DNA of 64,000 nucleotides. Source: Peptococcaceae bacterium UBA5755 (GTDB taxonomy: Bacteria > Bacillota > Dehalobacteriia > UBA4068 > UBA5755). The stretch lies in contig DIFF01000012.1 of NCBI GenBank assembly GCA_002419005.1, forward strand, positions 244,241 to 308,240, written 5' to 3'. A model generated the notes under the pieces. It had not been told where the DNA came from. It saw only the letters and a list, made by a program, of their open reading frames with translations, and did not search any database. This document shows, piece after piece, positions 30,063 to 40,642 of this stretch. Each line of letters starts with the position of its first letter. The first letter of the stretch is position 1. The translations under genes were made by a program, and so were the position numbers.

Positions 30063-30371
30063 TTAAACCTCATCCTCTTTTCCCATCAAAATGCCAATCT
30101 GTTTTATCTCTCCCTCTATACTTATTTCATCATCCTGCAAATTACGCAGAACCAGATTTTCTCCTTCAGCCCAAAGCAAACCCTTTTCCACTTTTAACCG
30201 CACACGCTTGGAGGAATATTCTATTATTCCTTTGTGATTTTCCACCAGCAAACGCTGGTCTCCCAACAAATTTATCTGAGGCAAATTCAAAGCTACGTCT
30301 GCAGGTAAATCCAAAGCATCCGCCATAAAATATTTCCATCTGTTGCTTTTTTTCTTGTTGCTTTTTGCCAC
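30063..30371 (-). CDS. yqfC: Sporulation protein YqfC. Likely start at the second GTG, 7 nt after AGGAGGT.
   Basis: It has the YqfC motif LDLPADVALNLPQINLLGDQ...VENHKGIIEYS. The first GTG is only 1 nt from the RBS. Confidence 0.65.
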   Translation of the reverse strand: MAKSNKKKSNRWKYFMADALDLPADVALNLPQINLLGDQRLLVENHKGIIEYSSKRVRLKVEKGLLWAEGENLVLRNLQDDEISIEGEIKQIGILMGKEDEV

Positions 30372-30424
30372 AAGCACACCTCCTTACATAAAAATATGCA
30401 ACAAAAGGATGCCTTATGAAATAT

Positions 30425-30462
30425 AAAACGGGGTGGAAATTTTAAAATTTCCACCCCGTTAA
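30425..30462 (-). terminator. Rho-independent terminator after the nfeD-floA-yqfB unit
   Basis: The sequence is CGGGGTGGAAATTT-ta-AAATTTCCACCCCG. On the minus strand TTTTATATTT follows. Confidence 0.6.
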
Positions 30463-30471
30463 ATTAGTTTT

Positions 30472-30984
30472 TTAAATTATTCTTTGACGGCGGCTAACAC
30501 CATTAAACCCTTGGCGTTTGGCCACCGGCGGGGCCAGAATTTCCGCCATAATCAACCCTTGCCGCCAATTGGTATCTTTTATATTCAAAGCAGCAACAGG
30601 GGCCTTTTCCGGCTCCAAAACAATTTCTTCCAAATCTTCTAGTGGTGGCCCCTCAAAGTGCAGCTTCTCATAAGAAACCTGCGGAACTTGAGAAACCGAA
30701 ACAGGCTCTTTCGCGGCTGGTTTTTCTTCCTCTTCCTCCGCTAAACCAAAAAGCTGCTCCATCTGTTTTTGCCATTCCATGCCAAGCATGGGTTTAGCAT
30801 TTTGGCCCGGTTTTACCTCCCTCAGGCTGCGGGTTTTTTCATCCCAAACCTGCATTAGGGTTGGCTTAGCCTGCTCTCCTGTTTTTCTCTGAGCTTCCTG
30901 TTTGGCTTTACTTTTTCTATATCTTTGCCAAATTGAGAAAACAATACCCAAAATTATCAGAATATCGATTTTCCCCATAAACAT
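30472..30984 (-). CDS. Hypothetical membrane-anchored protein in the yqfB position (N-terminal TM, Glu-rich linker)
   Basis: A 170 aa protein with N-terminal TM IDILIILGIVFSIW. Its position downstream of floA mirrors yqeZ-yqfA-yqfB. Confidence 0.35.
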   Translation of the reverse strand: MFMGKIDILIILGIVFSIWQRYRKSKAKQEAQRKTGEQAKPTLMQVWDEKTRSLREVKPGQNAKPMLGMEWQKQMEQLFGLAEEEEEKPAAKEPVSVSQVPQVSYEKLHFEGPPLEDLEEIVLEPEKAPVAALNIKDTNWRQGLIMAEILAPPVAKRQGFNGVSRRQRII

Positions 30985-31017
30985 CCTCCCTTTTTAGGGT
31001 CAGCTTTCTTAAAAACC

Positions 31018-32013
31018 TTATTCCTGGTTGGGCTTAATAGAGGAAGGTTCGCTGCCGCTTGTTGCTATGCCATGACGCATGGAGGTATCGGCCTGGATAT
31101 TCTGCATGTTGTAATAATCCATAACACCCAAACGACCATTGCGAAAGGCATCTGCCATGGCTTTTGGCACTTCGGCTTCGGCTTCCACAACTTTGGCCCG
31201 CATTTCCTGTACAGATGCTTTCATCTCTTGTTCTTTGGCCACAGCCATGGCCCGGCGTTCTTCTGCCTTAGCCTGAGCAATTCGTTTATCGGCTTCGGCC
31301 TGATCGGTTTGCAGTTGCGCACCAATATTGCGGCCCACATCCACATCAGCAATATCGATGGAAAGTATCTCAAAGGCTGTGCCGGAATCCAAACCTTTAG
31401 AAAGTACAGTCTGAGATATTTTATCCGGGTTTTCCAAAACCTGTTTGTGGCTTTCGCTGGAGCCAACGGTGGTAACAATACCCTCGCCTACTCTGGCAAT
31501 AATAGTCTCTTCACCGGCACCGCCTACCAAACGGTCAATGTTGGCCCGCACGGTAACCCTGGCTTTAACTTTTACTTCAATACCATTTTTGGCCACAGCA
31601 GCCACAATTGGCGTTTCAATAACCCTGGGGTTTACGCTCATCTGAACGGCCTCAAGAACATTGCGGCCGGCCAAATCAATGGCAGCAGCTCTTTCAAAAG
31701 GCAGCGGAATATCTGCTCTTGCCGCAGCAATCAAAGCATTCACCACTCTATCAACGTTGCCGCCAGCCAAGTAGTGTGCTTCCAATTTTCTCACGTCAGA
31801 TCTAAGCCCGGCTTTTTCCGCCTTAACCAACGGGTTGACTATTCTGGCGGGAGAAACCCTTCTTAACCGCATACCAATCAAATCAATAATGCCAACTTTT
31901 ACTCCAGCAGCCAAGGCAGATATCCACAACCCAATAGGAATAAATCTCAGTAATATTAAAATAAAAATTATAATTATTATAAAAATAATCCATGGTACTA
32001 TCGCAATCGGCAT
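31018..32013 (-). CDS. floA: Flotillin-like protein FloA (UPF0365/YqfA)
   Basis: It is strongly similar to B. subtilis FloA (WISALAAGV...[38 protein letters not shown]). Confidence 0.85.
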   Translation of the reverse strand: MPIAIVPWIIFIIIIIFILILLRFIPIGLWISALAAGVKVGIIDLIGMRLRRVSPARIVNPLVKAEKAGLRSDVRKLEAHYLAGGNVDRVVNALIAAARADIPLPFERAAAIDLAGRNVLEAVQMSVNPRVIETPIVAAVAKNGIEVKVKARVTVRANIDRLVGGAGEETIIARVGEGIVTTVGSSESHKQVLENPDKISQTVLSKGLDSGTAFEILSIDIADVDVGRNIGAQLQTDQAEADKRIAQAKAEERRAMAVAKEQEMKASVQEMRAKVVEAEAEVPKAMADAFRNGRLGVMDYYNMQNIQADTSMRHGIATSGSEPSSIKPNQE

Positions 32014-32060
32014 AATTACATGTTCCTCCTTTTTATTTTAATTCTTTTTAAAGTTATAAC

Positions 32061-32918
32061 CTACAACATTTCCCGCACTACAACTCGGCCGCCTTCTACG
32101 GCAATAACCTTTATTTTTGCCCCAGAAACCACAAAAGCACCTTCTGTTACAACATCCACTCTTTTACCTTCAATATCAGCAATACCGGCCGGTCTCAAAG
32201 TGGTAATAGCTTCCCCCACCAGACCAACATAATCGCTTAGGCTGGGCTCAGAAGAAATATAGCCCTCCTTATTTTCCTGCTTACCAAACAAAATCAAGCG
32301 GTCCCAAATTTTTCTGGTATGTTTGTTTTTTACACTAATTACAACCAAAAGAATTGTACCGCCAATTGCCACCAACAAAGATATTACAGCCTGCTGCCAG
32401 CTAGCAGAAACCGCCACGATGGAACCAAATATACAAAAAGCACCAACCAAGCCAAAACCACCAAAACCAGGAATAACAAAAATTTCTATAACAACCAGCA
32501 CAATGCCTGCCAAAAAGAAAATGACACTAAGCCAGCCGCCATTACCCACAATCAAAGCTCCGGCAAAAAACAAAAACAAACACAAAGACCCTAAAATGCC
32601 GGCAATGCCAATGCCGCCAGCAAAAATAATTTCTATAGCAATACCAGCTATGCCAACCAATAACAGTAAAGTACTAACCAATGGGTTGGTTAAAAATTCA
32701 CCCATCTTGTACATAGTAATTTGACCTTCCTGCACCACCGACACATAACTCAACCCATCATCAGCCAAAGCATGATCAGAGCTTATGCCGGCAAAAGCAG
32801 GAGCAATGCTAAAAGTCAAGGCTAAAATAATTAATAATAAAAAAAATGCCACCCTGTGTCTCATCTCTGTCACCTCCCCAAAATAGCTCTTTTTATTAAT
32901 TATAACCATAAATAACAC
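32061..32918 (-). CDS. nfeD: NfeD-like membrane protein (YqeZ family), partner of FloA
   Basis: It has a signal sequence, a multi-TM block and a C-terminal OB-fold (GKRVDVVTEGAFVVSGAKIKV). Confidence 0.75.
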   Translation of the reverse strand: MLFMVIINKKSYFGEVTEMRHRVAFFLLLIILALTFSIAPAFAGISSDHALADDGLSYVSVVQEGQITMYKMGEFLTNPLVSTLLLLVGIAGIAIEIIFAGGIGIAGILGSLCLFLFFAGALIVGNGGWLSVIFFLAGIVLVVIEIFVIPGFGGFGLVGAFCIFGSIVAVSASWQQAVISLLVAIGGTILLVVISVKNKHTRKIWDRLILFGKQENKEGYISSEPSLSDYVGLVGEAITTLRPAGIADIEGKRVDVVTEGAFVVSGAKIKVIAVEGGRVVVREML

Positions 32919-33001
32919 TATTATAATAATAACATATTATTCCCCAATTACCTAATTTTTTTTACATATAGTCTCCCCAGTAAATAATATTTTAAAAATA
33001 A

Positions 33002-33027
33002 AAGCCCGGGCTTTAAGACCGGGCTTG
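33002..33027 (-). terminator. Rho-independent terminator after rpsU
   Basis: The sequence is AAGCCCGG-gctttaaga-CCGGGCTT. On the minus strand TTATTTTTAAAATATT follows. Confidence 0.6.
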
Positions 33028-33037
33028 ATAAACTATT

Positions 33038-33214
33038 TTAACTCCATTTGCGTTTTCTGGCTGCTTCTGCTTTCTTTTTCTTCTTTACGCTAGGCTTTTC
33101 ATAATGTTCATGTTTTCTGATCTCAGCCATTACACCCGACTTTTGGCAGGTACGTTTAAACCGCCGCAAGGCACTGTCGAGGGACTCGTTTTTTCCCACA
33201 CGCACTTCGCTCAT
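33038..33214 (-). CDS. rpsU: 30S ribosomal protein S21 (58 aa). The ORF track omitted it because it is under 60 aa.
   Basis: Manual translation gives [69 protein letters not shown] lies 6 nt upstream. A TAA stop ends the ORF. Confidence 0.85.
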   Translation of the reverse strand: MSEVRVGKNESLDSALRRFKRTCQKSGVMAEIRKHEHYEKPSVKKKKKAEAARKRKWS

Positions 33215-33283
33215 TTATTTCCCTCCCCTCGATAACACCATAAATCTAAGCTGTTTGCCTGCAAAGTGTGCAAACATGAAAAT

Positions 33284-33313
33284 ATTATATACCACATTTA
33301 TTGATAACGTCAA
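33284..33313 (-). promoter_or_regulatory. Sigma-A type promoter for rpsU: TTGACG, 18 nt spacer, TATAAT
   Basis: The minus strand reads TTGACGttatcaataaatgtggtaTATAATattttc. This lies about 65 nt upstream of the rpsU ATG. Confidence 0.5.
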
Positions 33314-33350
33314 CTACTAATAATATAGAGTTTATAGATAAGATCATCAC

Positions 33351-33710
33351 CTAATTTGACCAAAAAGGCCCTAAAAACTTGCCGCCCAACAAATGATAAT
33401 GAAGATGAGCTACCTCTTGACCGCTATCGGGGCCGCTGTTGGTAAGCAAACGATAGCCGGCCTTTTCTATACCCAAAAGCTCAGCAATCCTAACGGCTGC
33501 CAGCTGAATTTTGCCAAGCAATTCGCCATCTTCTGCCGAAACTTCTGCCAAAGAAGCTATGTGTTTTTTAGGAATTATCAGCACATGGATGGGAGCATGA
33601 GGATTAATGTCATTGAAGGCAAAAATATCTTCATCCTCATAAACTACAGTGGCCGGAATTTCTTTATTAACTATTTTACAAAAGATGCAGTTTGCCATTT
33701 TTTTTGCCAC
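33351..33710 (-). CDS. HIT family (histidine triad) nucleotide hydrolase
   Basis: It has the histidine triad HLHYHLLGG and an N-terminal CIFC zinc-like motif. Confidence 0.8.
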   Translation of the reverse strand: MAKKMANCIFCKIVNKEIPATVVYEDEDIFAFNDINPHAPIHVLIIPKKHIASLAEVSAEDGELLGKIQLAAVRIAELLGIEKAGYRLLTNSGPDSGQEVAHLHYHLLGGKFLGPFWSN

Positions 33711-33746
33711 CTTTTCTTTTTTATGTTCTTTAGTATAAAACCTATC

Positions 33747-35072
33747 TCAGAGACTGTCAATCTCTGCCGGCAAAAATTCACCCTGCCAGGCAACCCCTTT
33801 TGCTTGTAAAATATTGCCTTTTTTACCAGAAACATTTTTTATCATAACTGGCAAATAATTAGCGGTATGACCAAACCAAAACTCTTTCCCTTGTAGAAAT
33901 TTTGGTTGTTCCAAAAGAATCTTCAGCTCTTTCCCCACATATTTTGCGGCCCAAGCAGCTGCTGCTGCTTTACTTACATCTTCTAGTTCTTTTGCTCTTT
34001 TTGCTTTAACCTGCGGGCTAACCTGGTTCAAAAAAGTTGCAGCCAATGTGCCTGCCCTAACAGAATAAGGGAAGACATGCACTTTGGCAAAATTCATACT
34101 CTCTACAAAAGCCAAACCCTGCTCAAAATCTGCCTCCGTTTCGCCCGGGAAACCCACCAATACATCCGTGGTGACCGCCAAATCCGGCAGCATTTCCCTT
34201 GCCATGCCCACCAAATAAGCATAGCGTTTTGTGTCATAACCTCTGCCCATTGCCGCAAGTGTTTTATCCGCCCCAGCTTGCAAGGGTATGTGCAGATGGG
34301 GGCAAATATTGGGGTTTTGAGCCAAAACAGCCAAAAAATCTTTATTTAGTTCCTGCGGCTCAATAGAGCCCAAACGCAGCCTTTGCAGGTTGGGGATTGC
34401 TGCCAAACTGGCAACCAGACCGGCAAGACTACCAAAAGCTGCCGGATCATCACTGCCATAAGCCCCAATGTGGATGCCGGTCAAAACAATTTCCGGGTAG
34501 CCGGCCTGCACCAATTGAATTGCCTGGGTCAAAACCTGCTCAGGGGGTTTGCTGCGAACCGGCCCCCTGGCATAAGGCACAACGCAATAATTGCAAAACT
34601 GATTGCAGCCATCTTCAATCTTTAAGTTTGCTCTTATTCTGTCCTCGGGCTGACCCAAAGCCGGAATATCCTGAAAATTACGACACTCTCTAATATTCTG
34701 CACTCTGACCAACGGTTTCTGGCTATTTTGCACCAAAGCATCTTCCACCAGGGTTAACAAATTTGCCTTTTCCGCATTACCCGCAACCAAGCATACCCCT
34801 TCTAAACCAGATACCTGCTCAGGCGACACCTGGGCATAGCAACCGGTAGCTACCACCAAGGCCTGTGGGTTTTGTTTGTGGGCCCGCCGCAAAAGCTGGC
34901 GGGATTTTCGGTCTGCCAGATGGGTCACTGTGCAGGTATTGACAATATATACATCTGCCTCTTCCTCAAAAGGTACAATTTGCCAACCATTTTGCAAAAA
35001 AAGCTGGCTCAAGGCAGCGCTTTCTTCCTGGTTCACTTTGCAGCCCAAAAAATGTATGGCTATTTTTTTCAT
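33747..35072 (-). CDS. mtaB: tRNA t6A37 methylthiotransferase MtaB (YqeV). Radical SAM with UPF0004 and TRAM domains. ATG overlaps the rsmE stop (ATGA).
   Basis: The N-terminal region is KIAIHFLGCKVNQ and the radical-SAM cluster is CNQFCNYC. It has conserved yqeV-yqeU-prmA synteny. Confidence 0.8.
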   Translation of the reverse strand: MKKIAIHFLGCKVNQEESAALSQLFLQNGWQIVPFEEEADVYIVNTCTVTHLADRKSRQLLRRAHKQNPQALVVATGCYAQVSPEQVSGLEGVCLVAGNAEKANLLTLVEDALVQNSQKPLVRVQNIRECRNFQDIPALGQPEDRIRANLKIEDGCNQFCNYCVVPYARGPVRSKPPEQVLTQAIQLVQAGYPEIVLTGIHIGAYGSDDPAAFGSLAGLVASLAAIPNLQRLRLGSIEPQELNKDFLAVLAQNPNICPHLHIPLQAGADKTLAAMGRGYDTKRYAYLVGMAREMLPDLAVTTDVLVGFPGETEADFEQGLAFVESMNFAKVHVFPYSVRAGTLAATFLNQVSPQVKAKRAKELEDVSKAAAAAWAAKYVGKELKILLEQPKFLQGKEFWFGHTANYLPVMIKNVSGKKGNILQAKGVAWQGEFLPAEIDSL

Positions 35073-35815
35073 GCCACTGGCCCCCCAAAATCGGCCCACT
35101 GATACATGACAATAGCAATAACCACCAGGCCCGCGGTTTCTGTGCGCAAAATGCGTGGCCCTAAAGACACCGTTTTGGCCCCTTTGGCCCGAGCCAAAAC
35201 TGCTTCCCTCTCATCAATGCCGCCTTCCGGCCCAATAATTATGCCCAAAGATTTAGGAGAAATCTGGGGTAAAACTGCTCGCAACCCAGTATTTTTTTCT
35301 TCTTCCCATGGCATAAGCAAAAAAGCATCTCTAGGAGGAATCTGCAAGGCTTCTTGTAGATTACACACAGGATAAACTTGGGGGATCTTATCTCTGCCGC
35401 ATTGTTTGGCGGCTTCGGCGGAAATTTGTTGCCAGCGGGCCTGTTTTTTTGTTGCCTTTTCACCGGCAAGCTGCACCACACTGCGTTCAAAAGCAACCGG
35501 CACAATGGCATGTACGCCCAACTCCACACTTTTTTGGATTATCAAATCCATCTTATCGCCTTTGGCAATGCCCTGCAAAAGATATACATCCAAATCCGGT
35601 TCATTGATGCCAGGTTTTTGGCTGATGATTTTGGCTTCCACGCGGTTTTTGGTAATAAAAATAGTTTCCGTTTCAAAAACCAAACCGGCACAAACCACAC
35701 AAATGATTTGTCCAACCTTAAACCTAAGTACCTGAGCAATATGGTGGGCATCGCTACCCTCTATGCTTATGATACCATTATTTATCGCCTTTTCTTCCAC
35801 AAAAAACCTGTTCAT
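35069..35815 (-). CDS. rsmE: 16S rRNA (uracil1498-N3)-methyltransferase RsmE. Start at the internal ATG (MNRFFVE).
   Basis: It has a PUA-like N-domain and the SPOUT fold GPEGG motif. The start lies 14 nt after the prmA stop. Confidence 0.8.
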   Translation of the reverse strand: MNRFFVEEKAINNGIISIEGSDAHHIAQVLRFKVGQIICVVCAGLVFETETIFITKNRVEAKIISQKPGINEPDLDVYLLQGIAKGDKMDLIIQKSVELGVHAIVPVAFERSVVQLAGEKATKKQARWQQISAEAAKQCGRDKIPQVYPVCNLQEALQIPPRDAFLLMPWEEEKNTGLRAVLPQISPKSLGIIIGPEGGIDEREAVLARAKGAKTVSLGPRILRTETAGLVVIAIVMYQWADFGGPVA

Positions 35816-35828
35816 CCCAATCCCCACT

Positions 35829-36758
35829 TTACTTTTTCTTAAACACAAAGCTGTGCCAGTTATCCCTTTGTTTTGTTTCTTTAAAAATTAATCCAGCCTC
35901 TTCCGCCGCTACAAGCACTTTTTTTTGTTTGCCGCAAATAATCCCGCCAGCAATAAAAACACCGCCGGGTTTCAGCAAATTCGCCACTTTTTTTGCTATG
36001 CCGGCAATTATATCTGCCACAATGTTAGCAACTATAATATCATATTGAGTTTTTGCCGCCTGGGTTATTTCTCCCACATGGCAAAACACCTTTGCTTTGT
36101 TGGCTTGGCTGTTTGCCTGTGCCACCTCAACTGCCATTGGGTCAATATCCAAAGCCTCCACGTAGTTTGCCCCCAGCTTTGCGGCAATTATGGCCAAAAT
36201 ACCAGAACCACAGCCAATATCCAAAACCTCCTGCTTTGGCTTAGCATAAAACTCTAAAAGCTCTGCACAAAGAGCAGTTGTGGCATGGTCTCCGGTACCA
36301 AAAGCCATCCCCGGGTCAAGCTCCACCACCAAATCTTCCGGTTGCGGCAAATATTCCTCCCAGCTAGGTTTAATAACCATTTTTTGCCCCAAACGAAAGG
36401 GCTTGTAAAATTTTCGCCAGTTGTTGTCCCAATCCTCTTCTTTTACCACTTCAAAACTCCAACTCAGTGGTTCCTTAGGCCAGGCCAATTGCAAAAAGGC
36501 CAGTTCTGTTTCCAGCCTGGCCTTTTTTTCTTTTTGGTTTTTTTCTGGCAAATACAAAGATATTCGAAGGTTCAAAGATGCCAAATAAGCATCAGAAAGA
36601 GCCCAGGCATCCCAATCACCGGCAGCCACATGCTCTCTGCTAATATTAGGGTCATCAATTTCTATGCCGCCACAATCTAGCTCGGCACAAATGTTGCTAA
36701 TGAGCTCTTCCAGCTTTGTCGAGGTTATTATATTGACTTTTAAATAGTCCATAGCCAC
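35829..36758 (-). CDS. prmA: Ribosomal protein L11 methyltransferase
   Basis: It has the SAM motif VLDIGCGSGILAI and the PrmA N-domain. Confidence 0.85.
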   Translation of the reverse strand: MAMDYLKVNIITSTKLEELISNICAELDCGGIEIDDPNISREHVAAGDWDAWALSDAYLASLNLRISLYLPEKNQKEKKARLETELAFLQLAWPKEPLSWSFEVVKEEDWDNNWRKFYKPFRLGQKMVIKPSWEEYLPQPEDLVVELDPGMAFGTGDHATTALCAELLEFYAKPKQEVLDIGCGSGILAIIAAKLGANYVEALDIDPMAVEVAQANSQANKAKVFCHVGEITQAAKTQYDIIVANIVADIIAGIAKKVANLLKPGGVFIAGGIICGKQKKVLVAAEEAGLIFKETKQRDNWHSFVFKKK

Positions 36759-36778
36759 CTCTTTTAATTTTATTATTT

Positions 36779-37990
36779 TTAATCATTATTGGTCATCTTA
36801 TTAAAAAATCCTTTTTTCTTTTCTTGGCTTTTGCCACCAGCAGCATGGTTTCCGCCACTGCTCCCTGTTCCCGTACCAGATCCGGTGCCACCATCAGCAA
36901 AGCTGCCGGCAAATTGCCGCAACATATCTTTTTGGCTGCTGCTTAGGCGTGTCGGGGTCTCAACAACAATCCGCACATGCTGGTCGCCTTTACCATAACC
37001 GCGCAACCGTGGGAACCCGCGCCCCCGCAAGCGGAAGGTAGTTCCGTTTTGGGTGCCTTCCGGAACGGTCAATTTAACCTTCCCATCGATTGTAGGTACT
37101 TCTACCTCGTCCCCCAAAGCTGCCTGCACAAAAGAAATTGCATAATCACATAAAATGTCATCTTCATGCCGCCGGAAAATTGGGTGAGGCCTTACTGTAA
37201 TATAAATATACAAATCTCCCGGTAAGCCGCCCAAATCGCCGGCTTGGCCCTCGCTTTGCATCCGCAGGCGAGACCCAGTATCCACGCCCTGGGGAACCTT
37301 AATGTGGATGATCCTGGTCTTTTTCACCTTGCCGGTGCCGTTGCATTGTTTGCAGGGGTTATCTATTATTTTGCCGGTGCCATTGCAACGAGAACAGGTT
37401 TTGACTGTTTGGAACTGGCCAAACGGTGTAGATTGAGCAATCCGCACTTTGCCGGTGCCACCACAATTAGGACAGGTAACCGGTGAACTGCCAGGAGCTG
37501 CCCCACTGCCATGGCAGGTATCGCAATGCTCCAACCTAGTAAGCTCTATGTCCTTTTCGGTACCTTTTGCTGCCTCTTCAAAGGTTATGGATATGTCGAC
37601 CCGCAGGTCTGCTCCTCTTTGGGGGCCGCTTTGTCCTCGGCCACCACCAGCACCACCAAAAAACATATTAAAGATATCACCAAAATCACCCTGACCGCCA
37701 AAGCCGCCCTGGCTACCAAAACCACCAAACCCACTAAACCCACCGCCACCAAAACCGTTGCCGTCCATTCCGGCATGGCCAAACTGGTCATAACGCGATT
37801 TTTTATCCGCATCGGAAAGCACATCATAAGCTTCGTTGATTTCTTTCATCTTGTCTTCTGCGGTCTTGCTATCGGGGTTCAAGTCGGGGTGATATTTTTT
37901 TATCAGCTTTTTATAAGCTTTTTTTATCTCTTCCTCACTGGCGGTGCGTGGCACACCCAGCACTTCATAATAATCTCTTTTATCGCTCAT
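36779..37990 (-). CDS. dnaJ: Chaperone DnaJ
   Basis: It has a J domain with HPD, a G/F-rich linker and four CxxCxGxG zinc repeats. Confidence 0.95.
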   Translation of the reverse strand: MSDKRDYYEVLGVPRTASEEEIKKAYKKLIKKYHPDLNPDSKTAEDKMKEINEAYDVLSDADKKSRYDQFGHAGMDGNGFGGGGFSGFGGFGSQGGFGGQGDFGDIFNMFFGGAGGGRGQSGPQRGADLRVDISITFEEAAKGTEKDIELTRLEHCDTCHGSGAAPGSSPVTCPNCGGTGKVRIAQSTPFGQFQTVKTCSRCNGTGKIIDNPCKQCNGTGKVKKTRIIHIKVPQGVDTGSRLRMQSEGQAGDLGGLPGDLYIYITVRPHPIFRRHEDDILCDYAISFVQAALGDEVEVPTIDGKVKLTVPEGTQNGTTFRLRGRGFPRLRGYGKGDQHVRIVVETPTRLSSSQKDMLRQFAGSFADGGTGSGTGTGSSGGNHAAGGKSQEKKKGFFNKMTNND

Positions 37991-38007
37991 TTTTCACCCT
38001 CAATAAA

Positions 38008-38027
38008 ACAGGGTAAAAGTGGGGCAA
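38008..38027 (-). terminator. Partial terminator/attenuator hairpin between dnaK and dnaJ
   Basis: The sequence is GTGGGG-caaaaaca-CCCCAC, followed on the minus strand by TTTTACCCTGTTTTATT. Hairpins at this position are common in dnaK operons. Confidence 0.35.
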
Positions 38028-38073
38028 AAACACCCCACCTACCCATTCATATTATTTTTGCCTGTTTTAACCC

Positions 38074-39921
38074 TTATTTTTTCTCGTCGTCATCCACCAC
38101 GGTATAATCAGCATCCACCACCCCATCGCCATCCGGACCTGGTGCTCCTTGCGCTTGGCCTTGAGCTTGCTGAGCCTGGTTGGCTGCCCCGGCCTCTTTA
38201 TAGATCCGTTCGCTGATTTTATAAATGGCATTAGACAAGGCCTCGGATTTGGCTTTAATATCGTCTATATTATCACCAGACAAAGCTTTTTGCAGTTCTT
38301 CTTTAGCTTTTTCCACAGGTTCTTTTTCTTCCGGTTTAACTTTGTCGCCTAGGTCTTTAAAGGTTTTATCCACCTGGTAAATCAAAGCATCAGCCTGGTT
38401 TCTAACTTCAACTGCTTCCTTACGTTTTTCGTCTTCGGCCTTGTATTTTTCGGCTTCTTCCATCATTTTTTCAATTTCCGCATCAGTAAGGCCGCTAGAA
38501 GCAGTGATGGTGATGGCCTGTTGTTTGCCGGTACCTATATCTTTGGCACTAACATGCACAATGCCGTTAGCATCAATATCAAAACGCACTTCAATTTGCG
38601 GAATACCACGGGGTGCAGGAGCAATGCCATCAAGGTTAAAGCGGCCCAAGGTTTTATTGTCTGCTGCCATCGGCCTCTCACCCTGCAAAACATGAATTTC
38701 AACAGAAGGCTGGTTGTCGCTGGCGGTAGAAAATATTTGGGCTTTGCCGGTTGGGATGGTAGTATTGCGGTCGATGATACGGGTATACACACCGCCCATA
38801 GTTTCAATGCCCAAAGATAAGGGAGTAACATCTGCCAAAACAATGTCTTTTACTTCTTTGTTCAAAATACCAGCTTGTATAGCTGCGCCCAAAGCTACGC
38901 ATTCATCCGGGTTAATGCCCTTGTGCGGGTCTTTATTGATAAGTTTACGAACAGCCTCCTGTACAGCAGGAATACGGGTAGAGCCACCAACCAAAAGCAC
39001 TTTATCAATGTCGGCTGCACTAAGGTTGGCATCTTTCATAGCTTGTTTGGTGGGGCCAACGGTTTTTTCCACCAAGTCGGCAATCAGCTCCTCAAATTTG
39101 GCCCGGGTAAGAGTAACATCCAAGTGTTTAGGGCCATCCTGATTAGCAGTAATAAAAGGCAAATTGATGTTGCTGTTTAAAACGCCAGACAGTTCGATCT
39201 TTGCTTTTTCTGCTGCTTCTTTTAGCCTTTGCATAGCCATTTTATCTTTGGAAAGGTCAATACCTTCGGCTTTTTTAAATTCCGCTACCAAAAAATCAAT
39301 TACTCTTTGGTCAAAGTCGTCCCCACCCAAAAAGTTGTTGCCACTTGTTGCCATAACCTGAAAAACATCATCACCGATCTCCAAAATGGAAACGTCGAAG
39401 GTACCACCGCCCAGGTCAAAAACCAGTACTTTTTGCTCTTCATCTTTGTCTAGACCATAAGCCAAAGCTGCTGCTGTGGGCTCGTTAATGATACGAAGAA
39501 CATCAAGCCCAGCTATTTTACCGGCATCTTTGGTGGCCTGCCGCTGGCTATCGGAAAAATAGGCCGGTACGGTAATTACAGCCTGGTTAACGGTTTCACC
39601 TAAATAGCTTTCAGCATCTGCTTTCAATTTTTGTAAAATAAAGGCCGAAATCTCCTGCGGAGTATACTTTTTACCTTCAATATCCACACTGTATTTTTTA
39701 CCCATCTGCCTTTTAATAGAAGATATTGTCCGATCAGGGTTGGTTACCATTTGCCTTTTGGCCACCTGGCCTACCAATCTTTCCCCACTTACAGAAAAGG
39801 CAACAACCGACGGAGTAGTTCTTGCCCCTTCCGGATTCGGAATAACAACGGCTTCGCCACCTTCTATTACAGCCACACAAGAGTTTGTTGTTCCTAAGTC
39901 AATACCAATCACTTTACCCAT
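38074..39921 (-). CDS. dnaK: Chaperone DnaK (Hsp70)
   Basis: The IDLGTTNS and DLGGGTFD motifs are present. The protein is 615 aa. Confidence 0.95.
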   Translation of the reverse strand: MGKVIGIDLGTTNSCVAVIEGGEAVVIPNPEGARTTPSVVAFSVSGERLVGQVAKRQMVTNPDRTISSIKRQMGKKYSVDIEGKKYTPQEISAFILQKLKADAESYLGETVNQAVITVPAYFSDSQRQATKDAGKIAGLDVLRIINEPTAAALAYGLDKDEEQKVLVFDLGGGTFDVSILEIGDDVFQVMATSGNNFLGGDDFDQRVIDFLVAEFKKAEGIDLSKDKMAMQRLKEAAEKAKIELSGVLNSNINLPFITANQDGPKHLDVTLTRAKFEELIADLVEKTVGPTKQAMKDANLSAADIDKVLLVGGSTRIPAVQEAVRKLINKDPHKGINPDECVALGAAIQAGILNKEVKDIVLADVTPLSLGIETMGGVYTRIIDRNTTIPTGKAQIFSTASDNQPSVEIHVLQGERPMAADNKTLGRFNLDGIAPAPRGIPQIEVRFDIDANGIVHVSAKDIGTGKQQAITITASSGLTDAEIEKMMEEAEKYKAEDEKRKEAVEVRNQADALIYQVDKTFKDLGDKVKPEEKEPVEKAKEELQKALSGDNIDDIKAKSEALSNAIYKISERIYKEAGAANQAQQAQGQAQGAPGPDGDGVVDADYTVVDDDEKK

Positions 39922-40004
39922 AATTTTCTTTCCTCCTTTAATAATTAAGAAAATATTTATAAGCTTTCTATAAAATATAGATTGCTTAATTTCTTGTTTT
40001 TTAT

Positions 40005-40592
40005 TTATGCCTCAAATTTATTTACCCGCACTTGGCTAGGTCGAATCAATTTGCTATCAATGCGGTACCCTGTCTGTTCCTCTGTTGCAATAATGCCATC
40101 CAACTCAGGCTCTTTGGTAACTTCTTGACCAATTGCTTCGTGCCAATTGGGGTCAAAAACTTCTCCTACGGCAGGTATTTTTTCCATACCACGGGCAAGC
40201 AAAATTTCATTTAGCTGCCGATATATCATCTCTATCCCTGCCACATAATTCTCCTTTTGTTCATCCTTAGGAAAGGCCGCCAAAGCTCGCTGAAAATTAT
40301 CCAACACTACTAAAAGCTGGCTACAAATATTTATATTAGATTCCAAAAGCCAATTTTCTTTTTCCTGGCGAGTCCGTTTGCGAAAATTATCAAAATCAGC
40401 CCGCAAACGTAGCATTTGGTTGTCTTGTTCTGTTTTTGCCACTTGCACATCGACTAGTTCTTTTTCCATCTTTGCATAGGCAGCAGCAAGTTCTGCTGCG
40501 GCCTCTTCCAAATCAATTTCATTTTCTTGTTCGTTTTTAATGTTTGCATTCTTATCTAAATTTGCATCCTTATCTAACTCTAAAGAACTCAA
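40005..40592 (-). CDS. grpE: Nucleotide exchange factor GrpE
   Basis: It has coiled-coil and GrpE core motifs ([12 protein letters not shown]). Confidence 0.9.
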   Translation of the reverse strand: MSSLELDKDANLDKNANIKNEQENEIDLEEAAAELAAAYAKMEKELVDVQVAKTEQDNQMLRLRADFDNFRKRTRQEKENWLLESNINICSQLLVVLDNFQRALAAFPKDEQKENYVAGIEMIYRQLNEILLARGMEKIPAVGEVFDPNWHEAIGQEVTKEPELDGIIATEEQTGYRIDSKLIRPSQVRVNKFEA

Positions 40593-40642
40593 TTATTTCA
40601 CCTCAGTAATTATTTTTTATTTAGTATTTAATAATGATTTAA

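Noticed and set aside
30372-30428. Sigma-E or sigma-K promoter call upstream of yqfC-yqfD
   Set aside because: GCATATT and CATATTTT fragments are present. No hexamer pair matches the ATATT-N14-CATACA-T (sigma-E) or AC-N17-CATANNNTA (sigma-K) consensus at proper spacing. Nothing is callable from the sequence alone.
31072-31866. 264 aa plus-strand ORF
   Set aside because: It is fully antisense to the highly conserved floA. It is Gly/His-rich with low complexity and has no RBS, so it is a spurious antisense frame.
37511-38107. 198 aa plus-strand ORF rich in T/K/A
   Set aside because: It is antisense to the Gly-rich linker of dnaJ, so the frame is a by-product of GGN codon repetition.
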